64,000 nt of DNA from an uncultured Subdoligranulum sp. (GCA_902496185.1 CABUZX010000004.1:6878-70877), one strand, 5' to 3'; positions 9,793 through 19,302 are shown, counted from the stretch's first letter. Made by a program: numbers and translations. Notes: generated by a model from the letters alone, not told the origin.

Positions 9793-10491
9793 ATGATAAG
9801 AAAAATAATAAAAATCGACCAACAAAAATGCAACGGTTGTGGCGCGTGCGCAAAAGCCTGTCACGAAGGAGCTATCGAAATGATAAACGGCAAAGCACAA
9901 CTCACAAAAGAGCACTATTGCGACGGGCTGGGAGATTGCTTGCCCGCTTGCCCCACAAACGCTATTTCCTTTGAAGAAAGAGAAGCCCCCGCATACGACG
10001 AAAAAGCCGTTCTTTTGTCAAAGCAACAAAATGCCCAACAACCACTACCCTGCGGATGCCCCGGCACACAATCAAAAAAACTCGAAAGAAAACAACAATC
10101 TTTGCCCCAACAAGCAACATCTGTCACAAGTCAACTTTTGCAGTGGCCCGTTCAGATAAAACTCGTGCCCACCAACGCCCCGTATTTTGACGGCGCAAAT
10201 CTTTTGATTTCCGCCGATTGCGCTGCCTACGCCTATGGGAATTTTCATAACGATTTTATCAAAAAACACGTCACACTTATAGGCTGTCCCAAGCTCGACG
10301 GCGTTGATTATTCCGAAAAACTTACCGAAATAATCAAAAACAACCAAATCAAAAGCGTAAAGGTCGTCCGTATGGAAGTACCCTGCTGTGGCGGTATAGA
10401 AATTGCCGTAAAAAAGGCGCTTAAAGAAAGCGGAAAATTTATCCCTTGGCAAGTAATAACAATTTCTACCACGGGAGAAATATTAGATTAA
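9793..10491 (+). CDS. 4Fe-4S dicluster ferredoxin-like protein (FrdX-like)
   Basis: CNGCGACAKACHEGAI and CDGLGDCLPACP cluster motifs, plus a C-terminal Cys-rich region (GCPKLDG, VPCCGG). Confidence 0.8.
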   Translation: MIRKIIKIDQQKCNGCGACAKACHEGAIEMINGKAQLTKEHYCDGLGDCLPACPTNAISFEEREAPAYDEKAVLLSKQQNAQQPLPCGCPGTQSKKLERKQQSLPQQATSVTSQLLQWPVQIKLVPTNAPYFDGANLLISADCAAYAYGNFHNDFIKKHVTLIGCPKLDGVDYSEKLTEIIKNNQIKSVKVVRMEVPCCGGIEIAVKKALKESGKFIPWQVITISTTGEILD

Positions 10492-10520
10492 ACCTAAAAA
10501 AACTTAACTCAAACAAACCA

Positions 10521-10556
10521 AAAACTCGGCCAAACAAATTGTTGCCGAGTTTTTTA
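10521..10556. terminator. Bidirectional terminator between convergent genes
   Basis: AAAACTCGGC-loop-GCCGAGTTTTTT; the A-tract on one side and T-tract on the other let it serve both strands. Confidence 0.6.
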
Positions 10557-10564
10557 CGCGTGTT

Positions 10565-11809
10565 TTATTGAGTTTTTAAATTTTTGATTTTTTGGACAAA
10601 GTTGTGACACAATCTTTCGCTTGCAAGATACCAGTCAAGTGACTTTTGCGGATTGTCAGGACAAAAAGCATAATACTCTTTTGCGCCCACAAAGGTCTGA
10701 AAACCGAGATTCATTCCGTACGACAAATAAAAACTCTCGTGCATAGGCACAAACAGCTCAAAGTCTTGCCCATCCTTTGTACCAACGTAAGTCAATCCTT
10801 TTGAGTTTAGCGTAACTTGCCCGCTACCGCCCACACGCAAAAAGCCTTTTCCGTCCTTTGACGGGAGCTTTAAGGTGACCTTTTCCGTCAATTCAAAATC
10901 ATTGTCATTATCGACTTTTTGCCAACAATCCTTTTGAATTTGCTTGTACCACTGCTGAAAATTGTCGTAATAATGCTCAAATCCGTCGTCAACAAACTCG
11001 TACCTGTCGTTAACGTGTACTTTGTATCCGCAAGAGCGACAAGTAAGCGTACGGTTTTTTGAAGCGATAGTATATTTTTGACCGCAATGCGGACACACCG
11101 TCAAAATTTTTTCCAGCCCTTCCGCTTGCTTTTTGCAAACGTACTTAATTTCCGGATGAGACTTTAACCACTCAAAGTCGTTGTAATAAAGAGTTTGTTC
11201 CAACGTTGATTGCAATTGCTCGTTTGAAACGGACGCCAAAGACTCTTGGTCATAAAGTTGCTTTATCGTAACAAAAACCGTACCTTTACGTCTCTTTTTT
11301 GCCCATTTCGGCTTTAAAAAATAACTTCCGTCAAACTTGCACGAAAAAATCGGGAGTTTAAGCATTTTGAAAAACTTTCCCGTACTTTCCGGCAATTTTT
11401 GCATTTCGCCATCCATACACAAGCGTACTTCAGGCATAAACCCCAAAGGCGCGCCTGCTTCTTTCATTGCGAGAGTGTTTTTTACCGACTCCATATCGGA
11501 GGTAAAAATACTCTTGGGTATACACCCTGCCGAACGCATAAACTTGCCCACCGTTTTGTTAAACATATAATAACGGTTGGAAACAAAGCAAATATCGTGC
11601 GGACGCATTGCTTTGATACAATAAAAATTGTCAAATCCCGACGGATGATTGCACACCACTACAAACTGCTCGGGGAGCTTCGGCAAGGGTTGCGTCAATT
11701 TTATTTTAACTTTTGTTTTTAGCCAACCCCATATTGCCCAAACGTAAAAATTAAAAAGCTTGTGATTTGGTCTTTTTGATTTGCCAAAAGCAGAATATTC
11801 TTTTTTCAT
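10565..11809 (-). CDS. Lysophospholipid/OlsA-like acyltransferase with a C-terminal zinc-ribbon extension
   Basis: H(x)4D box CNHPSGFDN and MPEVRL box in the N-terminal half. The C-terminal roughly 200 aa contain CPHCGQK...CRSCGYK. The start lies 2 nt after the upstream GNAT stop. Confidence 0.7.
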   Translation of the reverse strand: MKKEYSAFGKSKRPNHKLFNFYVWAIWGWLKTKVKIKLTQPLPKLPEQFVVVCNHPSGFDNFYCIKAMRPHDICFVSNRYYMFNKTVGKFMRSAGCIPKSIFTSDMESVKNTLAMKEAGAPLGFMPEVRLCMDGEMQKLPESTGKFFKMLKLPIFSCKFDGSYFLKPKWAKKRRKGTVFVTIKQLYDQESLASVSNEQLQSTLEQTLYYNDFEWLKSHPEIKYVCKKQAEGLEKILTVCPHCGQKYTIASKNRTLTCRSCGYKVHVNDRYEFVDDGFEHYYDNFQQWYKQIQKDCWQKVDNDNDFELTEKVTLKLPSKDGKGFLRVGGSGQVTLNSKGLTYVGTKDGQDFELFVPMHESFYLSYGMNLGFQTFVGAKEYYAFCPDNPQKSLDWYLASERLCHNFVQKIKNLKTQ

Positions 11810-11811
11810 AT

Positions 11812-12564
11812 TTATCGCGTGACAAGGTCAAGATACCTTTGATTTATTTTATCAATATCTAACATTATCAAAACGTCCTTAGTGCAAAGCAGTTTGTTTT
11901 GCATACTGCCAATGGGCGCAAACTTACACCCCATACCGATATAAGCCTTGAGTATGGGCGGAACGTTGCGTTTTGCGTCTACCATATCTATTTGTTCTTT
12001 CGGCAAAATATCCAACTTAAAGGACGGTTCCTTTGCAAAAGGTTGCAAAGTTGGGTCGGTTGATACCATAGTATAAAAATAACTCATAAGATTGTCAAAA
12101 GTCTTTTGAGGCATTTCTGGCAAAGAAATCACACCAAACAAAAGCTTTATTCCGTTTTGCTTTATGTATTTAAACAAGCCCGTAAACAGCATTTTGATAA
12201 CGAATCCGTCGCGATAACCTTCCTTAACGGCGGCGCGCCCCAACTCTAATATCTCACACGGCTGGTTTTTAATGTCGTCCACGTTAAAGTTGCTTTCCAT
12301 TGCAAAACGCCCGATTTTTTGGTAATGACGTCTTGCAATAAGACGATAGCATCCAACCACCTGATTTGTATCTATATCCACCGCAACGAGATTGTCACAA
12401 TCTACGTCCCAGTCGTCGTAAGAATCCTCAAACTTTACGTCCTTTGCGTTACGGTGAAATAAAATAAGCTCGTCATAACGCAACTTTCTCGCCTGTTGTA
12501 ATTCTTCTGCTGTTTCTACCAGCTTTATTCTTATATTATTTTTGCAAAAATCCAATTTTTCCAT
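11812..12564 (-). CDS. GNAT-fold N-acyl amino acid synthase (OlsB / Acetyltransf_5 type)
   Basis: The pattern AEELQQARKLRYDE...DDWDVDCDNLVAVD...VVGCYRLI...ILELGRAAV...YRDG...LFGVISL matches the OlsB/GlsB/hemolysin-like N-acyltransferase family signature. Confidence 0.75.
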   Translation of the reverse strand: MEKLDFCKNNIRIKLVETAEELQQARKLRYDELILFHRNAKDVKFEDSYDDWDVDCDNLVAVDIDTNQVVGCYRLIARRHYQKIGRFAMESNFNVDDIKNQPCEILELGRAAVKEGYRDGFVIKMLFTGLFKYIKQNGIKLLFGVISLPEMPQKTFDNLMSYFYTMVSTDPTLQPFAKEPSFKLDILPKEQIDMVDAKRNVPPILKAYIGMGCKFAPIGSMQNKLLCTKDVLIMLDIDKINQRYLDLVTR

Positions 12565-12607
12565 TGGTAAAACCTCCTTTGGAAATTTTCGACGCCTAAA
12601 AACGCCT

Positions 12608-13519
12608 TTAGCTAAGGCGCTTGTCTGCGCCCTTTATCTCAACCACCGCAGTCGTTTGCTTGTTGGCAATTCGCGAAAAAATCGGTTCGCCATAACGGGC
12701 AATCAATCCCTTAATGTCAAGATTAGTATTTATTACGATACTTTTGCCATTGAGCAATCTTTCGTTTAAAAGGCAATACAAGCTCTCTAAACTGACCTTG
12801 TTGTAGGTCGGTTCTTTGCCCAAGTCGTCTATTGCAAGCACCTGAACTTTTGTCAAATTGTCCAACAAATATTTTTCCGCAGACATAAAGTCGTCAAAAA
12901 ACATTTTGTTTAAATTATACGCAGTCAAATACACCACGTTTATCTTTTGACGTCTAAGCGCGTTTACCATACAATCGGTCAAAAAAGTTTTGCCGACGCC
13001 GGAATGCCCCAAAATCAAAAAATTAGTTTTGGCGTTTGACGCCTTGCCGAAATTTTCGCACCATTCCTGCGCCTTTTTTATTACTTTTTTATTGCCTTCG
13101 TCCTTTTCGACGCTTTGAGAAAAATCAAAACGAGGAGTTGACTGTCGCCCGTCGTAAGCCAAACGAGTTTGCAATTCTTCCACGCAGGAACAATATTTTC
13201 CGTTGATTAAGCCCGTATCCGAGCATTTGTCGCAAAAGAAACTGACGGACAAATATTCGCGCGTTTTGCCAAGTTTTGCCAAAACCGAATCCGTAACTTG
13301 TCGTGCGGTTTTTAATTTCCGCAAAAAAACGGCGAGATCTTTTTTAAAAAATTTTGCCTTTTCCAGCTCTACTTCGGCTTCCCTTTCAGCAAAATACGCC
13401 TCGTTAAACTCTTTATTCTTACACAAATCGTCTATTCTATCGTTTAAATTAGCAATAGCGTCCTGACGACGTTTTTTCAAAACCGCAAGGGCTTTGTTTT
13501 TCAATTCGTAAGCGTTCAT
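12608..13519 (-). CDS. dnaI: Helicase loader DnaI (DnaC-like AAA+ ATPase)
   Basis: N-terminal Cys cluster FFCDKCSDTGLINGKYCSC, Walker A GHSGVGKTFL and Walker B VLAIDDLG. Confidence 0.8.
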   Translation of the reverse strand: MNAYELKNKALAVLKKRRQDAIANLNDRIDDLCKNKEFNEAYFAEREAEVELEKAKFFKKDLAVFLRKLKTARQVTDSVLAKLGKTREYLSVSFFCDKCSDTGLINGKYCSCVEELQTRLAYDGRQSTPRFDFSQSVEKDEGNKKVIKKAQEWCENFGKASNAKTNFLILGHSGVGKTFLTDCMVNALRRQKINVVYLTAYNLNKMFFDDFMSAEKYLLDNLTKVQVLAIDDLGKEPTYNKVSLESLYCLLNERLLNGKSIVINTNLDIKGLIARYGEPIFSRIANKQTTAVVEIKGADKRLS

Positions 13520-14973
13520 CAGTCCTCCTTGAGGTCTTCAAACATTGCCGAAAGCTCTTCTGCCGAATACTCTCTATCGTTTGAATCCAAAAAAGTATTG
13601 CTCTTTTTAGCTACTCGTTGATTTTGCTCCAAGTTTGCGCCGTTTTTATCCAAAAAGCTTTGCGCTTGCATTACGTCAAAGATGGAATTTTGCTTAAAAT
13701 CCGCCAACGTTTTGTTGAGCGTTGCCATTGGATTAAACGAACCGTAACACTTTTCTGCCGAAAAGCGAATAAGGTCAAAGGGTAATCCCCACCCCGTCCA
13801 CAACTTAAAATTTTTGCGGTCGGTAGCGCAAACGCTTCTGTTTAGCCCCAAAGTATCTAAAATTTCCGCAATTTGTCCGTCGGCAAGCAAGACGTCGTCC
13901 ACGTATTGAACTATTGCCTGTCGGCTTAAACAACCTTTTGATGCAAGCTGACGCAATTTTACGTTCATACCCTCCAAGGTCTGAATACGACAACGAAAAC
14001 AAAACATTGCAAGCATTTTTAACGTTTCCGCCGAAAAACCCAAAGCCAACCACGGCGCAACGTAAGTTTCAATTTCCTGCGTGACGTCGGCGTAATACAG
14101 TCCCAACGCCCTGTTAATTTCTACCGCAAGTTGCTTGTTTTGCTCCTTGACGCAAGTATAATCGTCAATTTCCTTTACGGAAAACAATCTCAATTTGTAA
14201 AACTCCGTGAGCATTTTGTCAAGACGCGCCATACCGCCCTGCTTTTTGCAACGCCTTGCCACGTCGGCAATAACCTCACCGTCAAAACCGTACTCTTCCG
14301 TCCACTTTTGGTACAAACGCCTGTCGTCTATGTCAATTTTGCGTTTTGCTCCAAGCAAGGACAAAATTTCCGCAAGTTGGTCGTTATAGAAGTTTTGAGT
14401 AGATATTTTTTCCTTGATTTTATCGGCGTTTTTGATACCTGCTTTGTCCCAATCACGGGCAATTTTTAAGATATAGGCGTATCCAATGTCGTTACCCTTG
14501 ACGTCAACGCAGTACTTTGCAATCTCTACCAAACCGTCCGGCTCAAAAAAGGTGTTTTCCAAAAAAGTATAGTACTCGTTAAACTCGTTGACGGTAATCA
14601 TCCTACCGTTTAACACCTTTTGCATTTTTTTGTTAAAGTCCTTGTACTTTGCCGTCGATACTTTTTTTGCAATATTGCGACTGCCTGCGCCTATGTATTC
14701 CACTCGCAAAGGATTTGTACTTGCAATATTTACAAGCCCAAACTCTTCCCAATAGGTAAAAGCGTCCAATATGTCCGACTCTGTCACCGACAAGGCTATA
14801 CGCATTTGATCAACGTTATTGATTTCTTCACTTTTGCCGGCAAGACACAAGCCGTAAATATAAACCTTTAGCGCAAAGGCAGGAGCAGAGGGCAACCAAT
14901 CTTTGATAAAACCGTTGTCAACGTGCGTAAAGCCGTTACTGTCCCTTTCCGTTGACAAAACGCAAAACGCCAT
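13519..14973 (-). CDS. dnaB: Replication initiation/membrane attachment protein (Firmicute DnaB, DnaD-domain)
   Basis: Repeated DnaD-like helical modules (FTYWEEFGLV, YQKWTEEYGF, FKLWTGWGLPF). I chose the start at ATG 14973 (MAFCVL) behind an AAAGGAGG RBS; the track start at 15135 has none. The stop overlaps the dnaI start. Confidence 0.75.
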   Translation of the reverse strand: MAFCVLSTERDSNGFTHVDNGFIKDWLPSAPAFALKVYIYGLCLAGKSEEINNVDQMRIALSVTESDILDAFTYWEEFGLVNIASTNPLRVEYIGAGSRNIAKKVSTAKYKDFNKKMQKVLNGRMITVNEFNEYYTFLENTFFEPDGLVEIAKYCVDVKGNDIGYAYILKIARDWDKAGIKNADKIKEKISTQNFYNDQLAEILSLLGAKRKIDIDDRRLYQKWTEEYGFDGEVIADVARRCKKQGGMARLDKMLTEFYKLRLFSVKEIDDYTCVKEQNKQLAVEINRALGLYYADVTQEIETYVAPWLALGFSAETLKMLAMFCFRCRIQTLEGMNVKLRQLASKGCLSRQAIVQYVDDVLLADGQIAEILDTLGLNRSVCATDRKNFKLWTGWGLPFDLIRFSAEKCYGSFNPMATLNKTLADFKQNSIFDVMQAQSFLDKNGANLEQNQRVAKKSNTFLDSNDREYSAEELSAMFEDLKED

Positions 14974-15193
14974 ACTTTTACCTCCTTTGAGCAAATATTT
15001 ATAGGGGTTTATTTTAGCATACTTCTTTATCTTTTTCAACACTTTGACTGCAAAAAATGAAATTTGCAACTTTAATTCACAATTCAAACACCGCCAAAAT
15101 GCTCTCCTACAAAAAAAGAAAACACCCAAAATCACAAAAAATGTTTTGCGCTAAAACGCAAAAACCGTTGTTTAAATTATTTAATTTGACAGT

Positions 15194-15754
15194 TTAACTA
15201 AAAAAAACCGTGGTCGGTTCGTATTCTTTTGCGGTGAGTTGCTCCTGCTTTGCCTTTTTTTCCACAAAAATACCAATAAGCTCAAAGACTGCAAGCACAA
15301 CAAAAATCAACCCAATAACAATTGCCGTTTGCGGAGTCGTAAAGGGGATTATTACCCAAGAAACAAGATACACCATCCCCACAAGAAAGAAAATAGTTGT
15401 AACCCGCACAATCACCGATACCATAAAAATCCTACTATCAACACTACGCAAGCACCCGCTTTTGTTTTTGGCGTATGATCTCAACAAAATTATACCAAAA
15501 ATTATTTTATACAATGCCGAAAACGCAAGACAAATAAAAGAAATTTGACTTAAAAACATCAAACCAAGCCAACTCAAAACAAAAGCAAGAATTGAGTTTG
15601 TTGGTACGGAAATATTTGTCCCATCAAAGAAGCTCCCTGTTTTTAAATAAATATAAAAAGCAATTATTGGCACAAGAAACAAAACACAGCCAACAATATT
15701 GACAATGCCTGCTTTTTTGGTTTTGTTTAAATCAAAAATGGAATTTTCTTGCAT
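15194..15754 (-). CDS. Hypothetical polytopic membrane protein
   Basis: About five hydrophobic segments and no recognisable motif. Start is at ATG 15754 (MQENS) behind an AAAGGAG RBS. Confidence 0.6.
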   Translation of the reverse strand: MQENSIFDLNKTKKAGIVNIVGCVLFLVPIIAFYIYLKTGSFFDGTNISVPTNSILAFVLSWLGLMFLSQISFICLAFSALYKIIFGIILLRSYAKNKSGCLRSVDSRIFMVSVIVRVTTIFFLVGMVYLVSWVIIPFTTPQTAIVIGLIFVVLAVFELIGIFVEKKAKQEQLTAKEYEPTTVFFS

Positions 15755-15892
15755 AAAAACTCCTTTGTTTATCATTTTGCAAGCTTGAGATTTTTATTCT
15801 TTAAATCTATTATATCGTATTTTTTGCTTTTTGCAACAAACGCCCATTATTCCTGCGACAACCCAAAATAAAGCTTAAATTTTTTAATAATG

Positions 15893-15990
15893 TTTGAGAT
15901 ACTTCGCTTGCGCCCAGTATGACAAATAAAATTTTGCTCAATATGACTACCCCTATTGTCATTTTGAAACGTACAAAGACGAGCCTACGA
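15893..15990 (-). repeat. Composite intergenic repeat element, inverted copy
   Basis: The reverse complement reads GATTTTTCG...TCAAAATGACAAT...GTCATATTGAGC...GTCATACTGGGCGCAAGCGAAGTATCTCAA. It is collinear with the element at 34664-34777, and the 30-nt core differs at one base. Confidence 0.7.
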
Positions 15991-16008
15991 AAAATCTCTA
16001 CTAAAACA

Positions 16009-16041
16009 AAAAGTACCTAAAGGTACTTTCTGTTTTTTTAT
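16009..16041 (-). terminator. Rho-independent terminator after transketolase
   Basis: Minus transcript AAAGTACC-TTT-AGGTACTTT followed by a T-rich run, 15 nt downstream of the stop at 16056. Confidence 0.6.
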
Positions 16042-16055
16042 TTTAGTAAAGATTC

Positions 16056-16976
16056 TTAAAAAAGTTTTTTTGCTTTTGCAACGATATCGGCAACTGTCAA
16101 GCCGTAATACTCTTTGAGTTCTTCCAACTTGCCAACAACGCCGATTTTATCTTCTATCGCCACGTATTGCATAGGCGTTGGCAACTTTTGAGCAAGCAAT
16201 TCGCTAACTGCGCTGTACAAACCGCCGTACTTGTTGTGATTTTCCACCGTCAAGACTTTGCCCGTCTTTTTAGCGGACGCCAAAACGGCTTGTTCATCCA
16301 ACGGTTTAATAGTATGGATATTGATAATTTCCGCATCAATACCTTCCTTGGCGAGTTGTTCACCTGCTTTGATTACGTCCACCGTAGACAAACCCGTAAC
16401 AAAAATGCTCAAATCCTTACCGTCCTTAATTTTGTCGGCTTTAAACAAATCAAACTTGTAGTCGGGTTGTGTAAACACGTCGGGAGTATCCTTGCGGAAC
16501 AATCTGATATAAACCGGTCCTTTGTGCTCCACTATTTGCTCGAGAGCTTGTTGCATTTGAATTGCGTCAACCGGTTCAAAAATAACCATATCGGGAATAG
16601 CTCTTAATGCAGAAACGTCTTCAAAAGACATGTGCGTACCGCCGTTAAGTTGCGCAGAAATACCAGGATCAGAACCTACGATTTTTACGTTTTGACCTGC
16701 GTATGCAACGGAAACGGCAATCTGATCAAAAGCGCGTCTTGCAACAAAGGGCGCAAAGGAAGAAACAAACGGAATATATCCGTAAGCTGACAAACCTGCC
16801 GCAACGCTCACCATATTGCACTCTGCTATTCCGCAGTCAATGGCCCTCTCGGGAAAAACTTTGCGCAAATTAAAAGTTCCGCCGGCTTTTGCAAGGTCTG
16901 CGTCAAGCATAACTATTTTTGGATTTTTTTCCATCAAAGATTGCAATGTATTTGCAAAGGCTTTTCTTACTTCCAT
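16056..16976 (-). CDS. Transketolase, C-terminal (pyrimidine-binding) subunit
   Basis: Typical split-transketolase second half (DCGIAECNMVSVAAGLS, FEPVD). The start lies 4 nt after the N-terminal subunit stop. Confidence 0.9.
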   Translation of the reverse strand: MEVRKAFANTLQSLMEKNPKIVMLDADLAKAGGTFNLRKVFPERAIDCGIAECNMVSVAAGLSAYGYIPFVSSFAPFVARRAFDQIAVSVAYAGQNVKIVGSDPGISAQLNGGTHMSFEDVSALRAIPDMVIFEPVDAIQMQQALEQIVEHKGPVYIRLFRKDTPDVFTQPDYKFDLFKADKIKDGKDLSIFVTGLSTVDVIKAGEQLAKEGIDAEIINIHTIKPLDEQAVLASAKKTGKVLTVENHNKYGGLYSAVSELLAQKLPTPMQYVAIEDKIGVVGKLEELKEYYGLTVADIVAKAKKLF

Positions 16977-16979
16977 GAC

Positions 16980-17786
16980 TTAACCCTCCAATTCCTTCAA
17001 GGATTTTTCCAACTGTTCGGCGCTGACGTTGCAACTGTGGCAATCAGGGCCCATATCTTCAAACATCTTTACGCCGTGACCTTTAATAGTGTCCAAAACA
17101 ATACAGGTGGGTTTACCAACAACCTTTTTTGCTTGACATAAAGCGTCGTCTATTTGTTGCTCGTCGTGACCGTTTACTTCAAACACTTCGTACCCAAAGG
17201 CGCGCCATTTGTCAGCCACGCTTTCGACGTTGCAAACGTCCTTTGTAAGTCCGTCTATCTGCATTTTGTTGTTGTCAACAAGCACCGTAAAGTTGTCCAA
17301 CTTTTTGTGAGACGCCAACATTGCCGCCTCCCAAACTTGACCTTCCTGCATTTCGCCGTCGCCGACTATCGCATAAATACGCGCGTCGTCCTTAGAAATT
17401 TTGCTACCCAAAGCAAGACCTACGCCACAGCTAATACCCTGTCCGAGACTGCCCGCAGTCATATCTACGCCGGGAGTCAAACGGCTGTTGCAGTGACTTG
17501 GAAGTTTAGTGCCCAGTCTATTAAGGGTGTTAAGCAAATCTTTGTCAAAAAAACCGAAGGACGCCAACGTTGCGTACAAAGCAGGACCTGCGTGACCTTT
17601 TGACAGCACTAATCTGTCTCGACCTTGTTTGTTGGGGTTTTGGGGGTCAATACGCATGTGCTTTGAATACAATACGGACAGCGTTTCCGCAATAGACATA
17701 CATCCGCCGACGTGACCAACGCCGATACTTGCAATACATTGCATAGTCAGACGACGGATTTCTCTGGTTCTTTCCTTCAAATCCAT
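16980..17786 (-). CDS. Transketolase, N-terminal (TPP-binding) subunit
   Basis: GHVGGCMS, SKGHAGPALY and GDGEMQEGQVWEA thiamine-diphosphate motifs. Confidence 0.9.
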   Translation of the reverse strand: MDLKERTREIRRLTMQCIASIGVGHVGGCMSIAETLSVLYSKHMRIDPQNPNKQGRDRLVLSKGHAGPALYATLASFGFFDKDLLNTLNRLGTKLPSHCNSRLTPGVDMTAGSLGQGISCGVGLALGSKISKDDARIYAIVGDGEMQEGQVWEAAMLASHKKLDNFTVLVDNNKMQIDGLTKDVCNVESVADKWRAFGYEVFEVNGHDEQQIDDALCQAKKVVGKPTCIVLDTIKGHGVKMFEDMGPDCHSCNVSAEQLEKSLKELEG

Positions 17787-17997
17787 AAAAACTCTCCTTT
17801 TTTTGGCATTCGCCCTTGTATTTTTTACGTAATAAGTGTATCACAATCCTAAAATAAAAGCAATGCAAAACTAAAAATTATTATTTTTATTTTACCCTGT
17901 CAAAACGCAAGGCAAAATTTATTACAACTTTTAATCAAATACAAACAGAGCAAAACAAAAGAAAATTCTTCTTTTATCTTGCCCTATTTATTTTTTA

Positions 17998-18028
17998 ACC
18001 GACCTTGCCGAGTTTGGGCAAGGTCGGT
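17998..18028. other. Strong hairpin downstream of icd (possible terminator lacking a U-tract)
   Basis: ACCGACCTTGCC-GAGTTTG-GGCAAGGTCGGT, a 12-bp perfect stem about 30 nt after the icd stop. The T-run lies on the wrong side for a canonical minus-strand terminator. Confidence 0.35.
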
Positions 18029-18056
18029 CTATTAAGCGTTAAATTATGTATATTAA

Positions 18057-19274
18057 TTAGTTGTTCAAAAGTGTTTCAAGACGTTGACGGATAGCAACCA
18101 AAAATTCCTTAGAGTTGACAGCCTTTGCGGGCTTGCCTTTTTCTACCAAACCGACAAGGTCTTTTGTCATAATACCGTCGTTAAGAGTATCAATGCAGGC
18201 TTTTTCCAACAATTGAGCATAACGAACCAATTCAGGTAGGTTATCCATTTCGCCACGCTTTGCAAAAGCTCCGCTCCACGCAAAAATCGTTGCCATCGGG
18301 TTTGTAGAAGTTTCTTCACCTTCGAGATACTTGTAATAGTGACGCGTAACCGTGCCGTGAGCAGCTTCGTACTCGTATTTACCGTCCGGGCTTACCAAAA
18401 CGGAAGTCATCATTGCAAGACTACCAAAAGCCGTACTTACCATATCGCTCATTACGTCGCCGTCGTAGTTTTTGCATGCCCAAATGAAACCGCCCTTACT
18501 ACGTACAACTCTTGCAACTGCGTCGTCAATCAAGGTATAAAAATATTCGATACCGAGCTTGTCAAACTCTTCCTTATAGTATTTGTCAAAAATTTCTTGG
18601 AAGATTTGTTTAAATGCACCGTCATACTTTTTGCTGATAGTGTCTTTCGTGCTAAACCAAAGGTCTTGCTTGAGAGAAATAGCGTATTTAAAGCAACTGT
18701 GAGCAAAACTTTCGATACTCGTATCTTTGTTGTGTTGTCCTTGGAAAACACCCGGACAATCGAGCTTTGCAACAACAACTTCTTCCTTTTCGCCGTTTAC
18801 GCCTTCAAACACGAGCTTTGCCGTGCCTGCTTCGTGAGTGCGGATTTCTACTCCCTTGTATACGTCGCCGTATGCGTGACGAGCAATGGTTATCGGTTGC
18901 TCCCAATTTTTAACGACGGGCTTAATGCTGTCGATAACAATGGGCGTGCGGAATACAGTACCGTCAAGAATACTTCTGATTGTGCCGTTGGGGCTCTTCC
19001 ACATTTCCTTAAGGTTGTATTCGCTCATACGTTGAACGTTTGGCGTGATGGTTGCGCATTTTACCGCTACGCCGTACTTTTTGTTTGCGTTTGCCGCGTC
19101 GATTGTAACTTGGTCGTTTGTTTCGTCACGGTGAACCAAACCCAAATCGTAATATTCGGATTTAAGGTCAACAAAGGGCAAAATCAATTCGTCTTTTATC
19201 ATTTGCCACAAAATTCTGGTCATCTCGTCGCCGTCCATCTCTACGAGCGGGGTGGTCATTTTAATCTTTTCCAT
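18057..19274 (-). CDS. icd: NADP-dependent isocitrate dehydrogenase, type II (eukaryote-like, about 405 aa)
   Basis: [34 protein letters not shown] and HGTVTRHY motifs. Confidence 0.93.
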   Translation of the reverse strand: MEKIKMTTPLVEMDGDEMTRILWQMIKDELILPFVDLKSEYYDLGLVHRDETNDQVTIDAANANKKYGVAVKCATITPNVQRMSEYNLKEMWKSPNGTIRSILDGTVFRTPIVIDSIKPVVKNWEQPITIARHAYGDVYKGVEIRTHEAGTAKLVFEGVNGEKEEVVVAKLDCPGVFQGQHNKDTSIESFAHSCFKYAISLKQDLWFSTKDTISKKYDGAFKQIFQEIFDKYYKEEFDKLGIEYFYTLIDDAVARVVRSKGGFIWACKNYDGDVMSDMVSTAFGSLAMMTSVLVSPDGKYEYEAAHGTVTRHYYKYLEGEETSTNPMATIFAWSGAFAKRGEMDNLPELVRYAQLLEKACIDTLNDGIMTKDLVGLVEKGKPAKAVNSKEFLVAIRQRLETLLNN

Positions 19275-19302
19275 GGTTTACTCCTTAAAAAAAGTTATAT
19301 TT

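Noticed and set aside
12608-15135. The DnaD-domain and DnaC-like ATPase pair as a prophage or plasmid replication module.
   Set aside because: - The protein sizes (about 485 aa with repeated DnaD-like modules, and 303 aa with an N-terminal zinc module) match the chromosomal Firmicute dnaB-dnaI operon.
- So does the overlapping stop/start.
- No integrase, repressor or structural phage genes lie nearby.
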